Assembly (NCBI GenBank): GCA_007376395.1
Contig: VMGE01000004.1
Span: 70,431-134,430 of the forward strand
Reading direction: 5' to 3'
DNA from: Microgenomates group bacterium Gr01-1014_5
GTDB lineage: Bacteria; Patescibacteriota; Microgenomatia; UBA8517; UBA10165
DNA: 64,000 nucleotides
The notes beneath the pieces were generated by a model that was not told the DNA's origin, did not search any database, and saw only the letters and a program-made list of their open reading frames with translations. Numbering within the stretch: position 1 is the first letter of the stretch; every line of letters starts with the position of its first letter. This document shows, one piece after another, positions 57,806 through 64,000 of the stretch. Position numbers and translations under genes: made by a program.

Positions 57806-58318
57806 ATGAAACAAAAAGGCCATGCCTGCCGGCAGGCAGGATTTTCACTACTTGAGATTGTTGTCGTAATTACTCTCTTTACCGGTATTGTCTTTTTTGC
57901 AAACCAGGCGTTGTTTTCTACCTTAAAAGGTAATACAAAATCTCAAGTCTCAACAAAAATAAAACAAGCGTCGTCTTATGCGTTTGATCTCATGGAAAGA
58001 GAGTTGCGGCAAAGTACAGCTGTCGGTACCTGTACTTCCACCTCTATTGCGTACACAAATATAGATGGTGTACCGTCCTCATTTGTTTGTAATACGGGTA
58101 CGGCAGGATTTCTTACTTCTGGCCCAACCCTTACACAAACAAAGATAACTCCTGATGATGTTGCAGTTACTGCCTGTAATTTTTCCTGCACTGTCTCAGG
58201 TTCTTCACGTACCGTAAACCTCGACGTTACCTTTGCTCAGACAGGGAATTCTGCTCTCCTTCGTGTCGAAGAAACCGATAAATATCAACTAAAAAACCAA
58301 ATCCTACTGAGAAATTAA
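57806..58318 (+). CDS. Minor pilin (PilW-like) with a palindromic insertion in the leader
   Basis: AG|FSLLEIVVVI, MERELR, C-terminal LRN. Confidence 0.88.
   Translation: MKQKGHACRQAGFSLLEIVVVITLFTGIVFFANQALFSTLKGNTKSQVSTKIKQASSYAFDLMERELRQSTAVGTCTSTSIAYTNIDGVPSSFVCNTGTAGFLTSGPTLTQTKITPDDVAVTACNFSCTVSGSSRTVNLDVTFAQTGNSALLRVEETDKYQLKNQILLRN
57823..57838. repeat. Perfect 16-bp GC-rich palindrome TGCCTGCCGGCAGGCA
   Basis: Self-complementary, encodes ACRQA in frame. Confidence 0.85.
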
Positions 58319-58366
58319 AAATTGACACAGTGTGCCAAATTAAGGTTAAATAAAACTGTGAGAAAT

Positions 58367-59242
58367 ATGCGTGGACAGGCTTTGGTGGTCATTGTCTTAA
58401 TTATGGCGGTTGTTTTAACCATTGCCCTTTCCGTTGTTTCGCGTACAGTAAGCGACATAAATATTTCTACAAAAGAAGATGATTCTTCGCGGGCGTTTTC
58501 TGCTGCAGAGGCAGGGGTTGAGCAAGCTCTGCTTAAGGGCACACCGCAAACTTTTGGAGCGGAAGTCGGAAGCACGGGTAGTTTTAATGCAACCATTAGT
58601 CAGCTTACAAGCGGCGGTACTGAATTTGCCGTTCCCATACTTCTCTCTTCCGGAGAAATAGCCCCTGTTTGGTTGGTTGAACACGATGACATAACTTCAG
58701 AACTTATCTGCTCTGACTTAAAGCCATGTTTTACAGGTGACGAATTGAAGGTTTGTTGGGGAGAACCCGGTACGCCATCTGATTCTTCCACAACTCCTGC
58801 CTTGGAAGTTTCTGTGGTTTATACCGAGTCTGAAAATTTTTCAACCACAAAAATTGCCCGCGCCGCCTATGATCCCCATCCAACCCGAGCTAATAATTTT
58901 GAAAAAGGCGCAGACGGCGGAGAGGCGATTGATGGCGTTGCTTATGAATTTTGCAGGAAAGTCAACCTTGTAAATCTTGATGTTAACATCAGAAATACAG
59001 GCAGTGCTCGTCCCGGTCCCCAATATGCCAGACTGAGGATGCTTTACAATACAACTCAATCTCAGCCCGCCGGAGTTAAAATTGTCGGGGCTGGAAATTT
59101 GCCGCTTCAGGGACAAAAAGTTGTTTCCACGGGGACGTCAGGAGAAGCTCAAAGAAGTCTTGAAGTATATAAACTTTTTTCAGACCTGCCGCCAATTTTT
59201 GACTATACTCTTTTTTCCGGCGCTGGAGGAATTGTAAAGTAA
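58367..59242 (+). CDS. Minor pilin (PilX-like)
   Basis: MRG|QALVVIVLIM, RAFSAAEAGVE.AL, STG.SG...R.LEV. Confidence 0.88.
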   Translation: MRGQALVVIVLIMAVVLTIALSVVSRTVSDINISTKEDDSSRAFSAAEAGVEQALLKGTPQTFGAEVGSTGSFNATISQLTSGGTEFAVPILLSSGEIAPVWLVEHDDITSELICSDLKPCFTGDELKVCWGEPGTPSDSSTTPALEVSVVYTESENFSTTKIARAAYDPHPTRANNFEKGADGGEAIDGVAYEFCRKVNLVNLDVNIRNTGSARPGPQYARLRMLYNTTQSQPAGVKIVGAGNLPLQGQKVVSTGTSGEAQRSLEVYKLFSDLPPIFDYTLFSGAGGIVK

Positions 59243-59312
59243 ATTACTAATTAACCTAATTAACCTAATGACCAAATTATTTTAGGATTTAGAAATTAGA
59301 AATTAGAATTTG
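59241..59312. repeat. Short-period inverted arrays upstream of pilM
   Basis: (TAATTAACC)x2 ... (TTAGAAA)x2-3. Confidence 0.65.
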
Positions 59313-59326
59313 GAGCAAAGCGACTT

Positions 59327-60355
59327 ATGCCTGCCTTTGGTTTAGATATTGGTACTACTTCTATTAAAGCTGTTCAGCTTGACAAACAAGGTGAAAATTT
59401 TAGCCTGCTCGCCGCGGGAATTACCCCTACTCCGACTCGCGGGATGGAAACTGAAAATCAAAAAGACCTGGAAGCTGTTGCTGTGGCAGTGAAAAAGTTG
59501 ATTACCGACACCAAGATTACAAGCCGTGATGTCGCAATTTCTCTACCAGAGTCAAAGGTTTATACACGGCTGATTAGCCTTCCTCTTTTGACTGACGAAG
59601 AGGTGTCATCGGCAATTGCTTGGCAAGCAGAGCCTTATATTCCAATTCCTGTAGCGGAAGCAAGTCTTGACTACCAAATCGTGGGAAGAACAGAAGCTGT
59701 TCAAGGAAAGCCGGGAAAGACAGATGTTTTATTAATAGCCGCATCTAAAGCTTTAATTAAACAATATTTAGATGTTTGCAGTATTGCCGGTCTAAACGTG
59801 GTTCATGTGATGAGTGAATTATTGGCGTTAACCAGCGCCCTTGCAACCGATAAACAGACAGTACTTTTGGCAGATATCGGGTCAACTTCAACCGACTTTG
59901 CCATTGTCCGTTCAGGGCAACTTTTAGTCAGCCGTTCAGTGGCAACAGGAGGCAATGTTCTTACGCGCGCGGTTTCTGCCGGGTTATCGGTAGACACGCA
60001 AAGAGCAGAAGAATACAAAAAGTCTTATGGATTAAACGCGAGTTTTCTTGAAGGAAGAGTAAAGGCGTCAGTCGAGCCTGCTTTCAGAGTGATTGTTGAG
60101 GAGGCTAAAAAGACAATCCAATATTACCGTTCTGAAATCGGTCGGGACGATCAAGTATCATCCATGATTTTGTCGGGCGGTACGGCAGGAATTCCTGACA
60201 GCACGTCCTATATCGCGAACGCTCTCGGGATTGAAGTCTTGGTGGGTGATCCGTTTGCGGGTATTGCCAAGAACGAACAAACCGCAAAGTCCCTTGCTTC
60301 CTGGGCGCCTTTGTACGGAATTTCAGTGGGGCTTGCCAAATACTCATACACCTAA
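59327..60355 (+). CDS. pilM: Type IV pilus assembly protein PilM
   Basis: FGLDIGTTSIK, DIG..ST, GG..LT, AE..K..YG, LSGG.A. Confidence 0.93.
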   Translation: MPAFGLDIGTTSIKAVQLDKQGENFSLLAAGITPTPTRGMETENQKDLEAVAVAVKKLITDTKITSRDVAISLPESKVYTRLISLPLLTDEEVSSAIAWQAEPYIPIPVAEASLDYQIVGRTEAVQGKPGKTDVLLIAASKALIKQYLDVCSIAGLNVVHVMSELLALTSALATDKQTVLLADIGSTSTDFAIVRSGQLLVSRSVATGGNVLTRAVSAGLSVDTQRAEEYKKSYGLNASFLEGRVKASVEPAFRVIVEEAKKTIQYYRSEIGRDDQVSSMILSGGTAGIPDSTSYIANALGIEVLVGDPFAGIAKNEQTAKSLASWAPLYGISVGLAKYSYT

Positions 60356-60876
60356 TGCAACCATCTAAACAGAAAATTAATCTTTTACAGCAGGATCTGG
60401 TTGTCGCAACCAGGTTTCGGCACCTGGGCAAGATTAGCTTAATAACCACAGGTGTTTATGTCTTTATTGTCATGGGTCTTTTTTCGGTACTTTTTCTTAC
60501 ATCACGCCAGAAAAATAGCTTAGAAACACTTGCGGCTGGTTTGACCCGGGACGTCCAGTCTCTAAAAGAGACAGAGGGATTGCTTGTTACTCTCAAAAAC
60601 CGCCTCGGCCTTTCTAAATTAATTTTGGGAGCTGCGGCTCCCACTCCTTCAGAGTTTATCGAGAAGCAAATAAAATCTCTACCAGAAGGGGTGGAGGTTA
60701 CCTCGTTTAAAGCTCAGGAAGACGGAACAATCACCCTCTCTCTCAGAGCGCAAAACTCTCTCAGTATTATAAAATTCATCAACACGCTAAAAGAGCAAAA
60801 TCCCGTAACCGTTGTACTCAACTCCCTGATTCAACTTGAGGATGGAACTTATTCTCTATCCGTAAACGTCAAATGA
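60355..60876 (+). CDS. PilN-like protein
   Basis: INLL motif, TM, coiled coil, LP.GV; follows pilM. Confidence 0.8.
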   Translation: MQPSKQKINLLQQDLVVATRFRHLGKISLITTGVYVFIVMGLFSVLFLTSRQKNSLETLAAGLTRDVQSLKETEGLLVTLKNRLGLSKLILGAAAPTPSEFIEKQIKSLPEGVEVTSFKAQEDGTITLSLRAQNSLSIIKFINTLKEQNPVTVVLNSLIQLEDGTYSLSVNVK

Positions 60877-61565
60877 TTACCAGTATTATTGCTAAAATAC
60901 CGCTTGCTTACAGATCTTTTATTTTGCCTGCGTTGGTATTGGTTTCCATTCTTGCTTTTAGTTTGACCATAGGACGCGCTGTTTGGGAAAAAATCGTGCA
61001 GGAAAGAGGAGTAGTTTCCGCTTTACAAACAGACAACGCAAAACTTTTAGCAAAAAAAGAAATGCTGGCAAGCCAGGACAATAAAACTCTTTTAATAAAA
61101 ACCCAAGCTGCGGTTGACGCAATCCCGGCAGAAATTCCGGCACTTCCAACTCTTGCCTCTCTCAATTTTTTAGCAACTCAGACAGGCGTTACGGTGACAG
61201 ATTTTAGAATAACAGAACGCAAAGATAAAAAAAGTGAAACAAGTTATTTAGAAATGGTCGTCAATTTTGAGGGAATAACAACTTCTTCTTTAACTTTTCT
61301 CAATGAGTTGAAAAACATGGCTCCCTTGGTAAAGGTAATCGAAATCGCGTCAACTGTTCAGGCAGAAACTGCGCGTTCTAAAGTAACTCTCAACTCAATT
61401 TGGTCGCCTTTGCCGAAAGATTTAGGGAAACCTAACTCTCCTCTTGAACCGTTATCGAAGGCTGACGAAGAAGTAGCCAATAAATTATTACAGTTGAAAA
61501 AGTCAAAGTCGAAAGTTGCAGAAGGTTCAGTACCTCAGGGGAGAGCCAACCCTTTCGCGCTTTGA
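60873..61565 (+). CDS. PilO-like protein
   Basis: TM, coiled coil, AIP, FL..L....P, GR.NPF; follows pilN. Confidence 0.75.
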   Translation: MITSIIAKIPLAYRSFILPALVLVSILAFSLTIGRAVWEKIVQERGVVSALQTDNAKLLAKKEMLASQDNKTLLIKTQAAVDAIPAEIPALPTLASLNFLATQTGVTVTDFRITERKDKKSETSYLEMVVNFEGITTSSLTFLNELKNMAPLVKVIEIASTVQAETARSKVTLNSIWSPLPKDLGKPNSPLEPLSKADEEVANKLLQLKKSKSKVAEGSVPQGRANPFAL

Positions 61566-61596
61566 AGAAACGTTTATGTTTATTTTGAAAAAACAC

Positions 61597-61842
61597 TTAT
61601 GTTTGTGCGGCTTCTTTTTCTAATAGATTGATAAAAACCTTCTCTTGGTCAACTATTGCCCGTGCGCGCGCTAAAGCTCTAATGGCGCGTATTGTTTTGC
61701 CTTCCTTGCCGATTAAAATCCCCATAACTTCCTTAGGAGCAACAATTGTGTATGCTTTTGCTCCGTCTTGTTCCTGGACTTGAACTTGTATCTCTTCATT
61801 CTCTGTGAGAGAACGGGAGATGTATTCGAGTAGTTTTTTCAT
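61597..61842 (-). CDS. KH-domain RNA-binding protein (KhpA-like)
   Basis: MG.LIGKEGKTIRAIR.L; follows rpsP. Confidence 0.92.
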   Translation of the reverse strand: MKKLLEYISRSLTENEEIQVQVQEQDGAKAYTIVAPKEVMGILIGKEGKTIRAIRALARARAIVDQEKVFINLLEKEAAQT

Positions 61843-61848
61843 ATAGTT

Positions 61849-62076
61849 TTAATTCTCTGAGGTAAATAGTTTGCGGACAGTAGGACTTGGCGCGGCGCCT
61901 CGTGTGATCCAAGAAAGGTAGACGTTATGGTTAGCGACAAGCTGCTTTTCTTTCGGGTGCCAATGTCCGATTTGCGCCACGATTTTTCCGTCGCGTTTAG
62001 AGCGTGTTTCCGTAACAACAATTCTGTAATGCGCGGCGTGTTTTTTACCGGTTCTCGATAAACGAATTTTCAGCAT
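61849..62076 (-). CDS. rpsP: 30S ribosomal protein S16
   Basis: MLKIRLSRTGKK..YRIVV...R.KRDG, GA.PS.TV..L. Confidence 0.96.
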   Translation of the reverse strand: MLKIRLSRTGKKHAAHYRIVVTETRSKRDGKIVAQIGHWHPKEKQLVANHNVYLSWITRGAAPSPTVRKLFTSEN

Positions 62077-62113
62077 ATACTTACGAGTATTTTATCAAAA
62101 ACAGCTTCGAGTT

Positions 62114-62830
62114 TCAAGGAGCGGATTCTTCTTCCCATTTTTTTAGGGCGTTATCGGCAGCATCCTGTGCCGCTTGCTGTTTACTTGAGCCGCGCCCTGC
62201 GGCATAAGGAAGCCGGTTAACAAAGACCTGAATTGTAAATGTTTTAGCGTGATCCGGGCCAACAGACGTCACAGTGCGGTAAACAGGGGCGGCAAACCCG
62301 GCCGCCTGGACATATTCCTGCAAAAGACTCTTGGGATCTTTTAGAGATTTTTTGACAACTTCCGGTATCTTTTCCAGGATGTAGGCGGTTATAAACTTTT
62401 TAGCCTCTGGTAACCCTTGGTCAATGTAAATCGCGCCTACCAGAGCCTCGAAAGTATTGGCTAAAAGACTGGTGCTTTCCCTCCCTTTACTCTTTTCTTC
62501 TCCCCGGGAAAGAAAAAGCAGCGCTCCGAGATTTAAGGCACGGGCTGACGCGGCAAGCGAAAGCGTGTTTACCAGTTTAGACCTCAAAGCTGTTAAGTGC
62601 CCCTCGTCTTCCCCGGGAAAGCGGTTATAAACATGTTCTGAGACGATAAATTCCAAGATAGCGTCTCCTAAGAACTCTAACCTCTCGTTTGACTCTTTTT
62701 CTTCTGAACTCTCGTTAAGAAAAGATTTATGGATAAAAGCTTGGTGCAGGAGCGCCTTGTTTACAAAATTAACGCCAGTTGTTTGTTCAAGAACAACTTC
62801 TTGAGAATTATTCCAAATCTTCGGGGACAT
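62114..62830 (-). CDS. rnc: Ribonuclease III
   Basis: NERLEFLGDAIL, A..FEALVGAIY.D.G, dsRBD DPKS.LQE...GPDH.K.F. Confidence 0.97.
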   Translation of the reverse strand: MSPKIWNNSQEVVLEQTTGVNFVNKALLHQAFIHKSFLNESSEEKESNERLEFLGDAILEFIVSEHVYNRFPGEDEGHLTALRSKLVNTLSLAASARALNLGALLFLSRGEEKSKGRESTSLLANTFEALVGAIYIDQGLPEAKKFITAYILEKIPEVVKKSLKDPKSLLQEYVQAAGFAAPVYRTVTSVGPDHAKTFTIQVFVNRLPYAAGRGSSKQQAAQDAADNALKKWEEESAP

Positions 62831-63047
62831 ATTTACCTATTGTTTCAAATAGTTCTTCCACGGTTTTTGCCTGGGCAGCTTCGTCTGGGTCGATTTCTGT
62901 TTCATACTTTAGGTTGACCGTGGTAACGATTTCTGCAATGTCGGCGGCACTTAGACCTAGATCCTGGCCAAGCGTACTTGTTTCATCGATATCGCGCGGA
63001 TCAATCCCTAAAGATTGAGCGATAATATTGAGTACTTCGTCGTGCAT
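62808..63047 (-). CDS. Acyl carrier protein-like (atypical)
   Basis: 79 aa, acidic, I....LG....I......L..DLG, EI..DEA....TV. Usual acpP-rnc synteny. Confidence 0.8.
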   Translation of the reverse strand: MHDEVLNIIAQSLGIDPRDIDETSTLGQDLGLSAADIAEIVTTVNLKYETEIDPDEAAQAKTVEELFETIGKYVPEDLE

Positions 63048-63049
63048 TT

Positions 63050-63409
63050 TTATTCTAAATTTTCTTCTATAACAACAGTTCCCAGTACTCCGTTGACAAA
63101 AGCCGCTGAACTTTCGCCCCCAAGGCTCTTAGCCAGTTCTACGGCTTCGTCAATAATAACGCGAACCGGCTCCTCTCTGTCAACTAGTAATTCATAAACA
63201 GCAAGTCTAAGAATTGCCAAATCGATTTTATTGAGCTTGGCAAGCGGCCATTCGGGCGCGGTCTTGGCGATTATGGGATCAATTTCTTCCTTTTTCTGCC
63301 AAATTTTTTGAGTTAGGGCAGACAACTCCTGCTTCTGGTTAAAGCTGGCGGCAAATAACTCTTGGATAATAGCTACTCTTTTAGAATGACGGGGATCAGG
63401 AGTTTGCAT
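63050..63409 (-). CDS. nusB: Transcription antitermination factor NusB
   Basis: W...L..ID.AILRLA.YE, V.IDEAVELAK, FVNGVLG. Confidence 0.95.
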   Translation of the reverse strand: MQTPDPRHSKRVAIIQELFAASFNQKQELSALTQKIWQKKEEIDPIIAKTAPEWPLAKLNKIDLAILRLAVYELLVDREEPVRVIIDEAVELAKSLGGESSAAFVNGVLGTVVIEENLE

Positions 63410-63560
63410 GATGCCAGCCGCAATGTGAGCAAGTTAAGTGAGGCATTTTTAATTTTTTACAAGACGGACAATTGGCTAAATTCGGGAGAGCAACAGCAAA
63501 TTTGCCTCTTCGCTTTCCGGTTCTTGCACGGGTTGATTTTTTCTTTGGTACTGCTGGCAT
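63396..63560 (-). CDS. rpmF: 50S ribosomal protein L32 (start 63560)
   Basis: PAVPKKK.T.AR..KRR, CPSC...PH..CSHCG. Confidence 0.95.
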   Translation of the reverse strand: MPAVPKKKSTRARTGKRRGKFAVALPNLANCPSCKKLKMPHLTCSHCGWHHANS

Positions 63561-63617
63561 ATAGTGTAGTTTAGCACAGAGTACCCCCGGGCTCAATGAT
63601 TGTTTTTAAACAAGAGG

Positions 63618-64000
63618 TCAGTTTGAAGAGATTTCGGTCTTATCTTTGATGAGTTTTTTGATTTTCGGATGCTTATCTATCTGTTCTATTATTTTTTCGG
63701 CAACTTCGCGCGCCAGTTTAATTAGTTCAAGATCGGAATAAGAACCAACTTTTAATTCTGGGAAGCCGGACTGGGCAGTGCCATAGACCTCGCCAGGACC
63801 TCTTAGTTTTAGGTCGAGATCTGCCAGTTGAGGGCCGGACAGACCCCCCTCTAAAGCTTTTAGGCGTGTATAAACCTTTTGGGATCTGTTCTCGGTAAAA
63901 AGCAGACAATAAGATTGCATTTGGGCTCTGCCCACACGTCCTCTGAGCTGGTGAAGTTGAGCCAAACCGAATCTTTCCGACGCCTCTATCAACATAATTG
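63618..64000 (-). CDS. recG: ATP-dependent DNA helicase RecG, C-terminal part (runs off window)
   Basis: ERFGLAQLHQLRGRVGR, LA..DL.LRGPGE..G..QSG. Confidence 0.95.
   Translation of the reverse strand, partial: IMLIEASERFGLAQLHQLRGRVGRAQMQSYCLLFTENRSQKVYTRLKALEGGLSGPQLADLDLKLRGPGEVYGTAQSGFPELKVGSYSDLELIKLAREVAEKIIEQIDKHPKIKKLIKDKTEISSN

Overview
Bacterial chromosomal window (standard code) whose gene set and style point to a Patescibacteria/CPR organism, probably Microgenomates-like. This placement is inferred from compact core genes, a large type IV pilus locus, cohesin/dockerin surface proteins, isopentenyl-phosphate kinase and promoters sitting directly on start codons. Core blocks: dnaB (partial), tRNA-Leu, efp, dksA-like, rluA-family, yebC, a Xer recombinase, gyrB-hppA-gyrA, holB, pilB-pilT-pilC-pilins-pilD-pilMNO, and khpA-rpsP-rnc-acp-nusB-rpmF-recG (partial). 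Between gyrB and the pilus locus lies a ~20 kb accessory zone. Main unexplained signals: (1) an AT-rich enzyme cluster of carbamoyltransferase, truncated archaeal-type AlaRS paralogue, peptidase E, amidohydrolase, archaeal-type SAM synthetase, PfkB, NUDIX and kinase, which looks like a nucleoside/aminoacyl tailoring pathway; (2) three orphan copies of the 3' tip (GxVWREI[AV]P-stop) of a Cys-rich surface-protein gene that punctuate the accessory zone, suggesting serial gene capture; (3) a four-helix-bundle gene inside 31-bp inverted repeats built of ~8-mers, with many gene-less 7-9-mer inverted arrays elsewhere, some inside genes; (4) a PaaX/Cas2-like gene bracketed by the same palindrome; (5) an 11-6-11 dif-like site near the xer gene; (6) nested REP-like palindromes. 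All family assignments are by eye from motifs. No searches were run.
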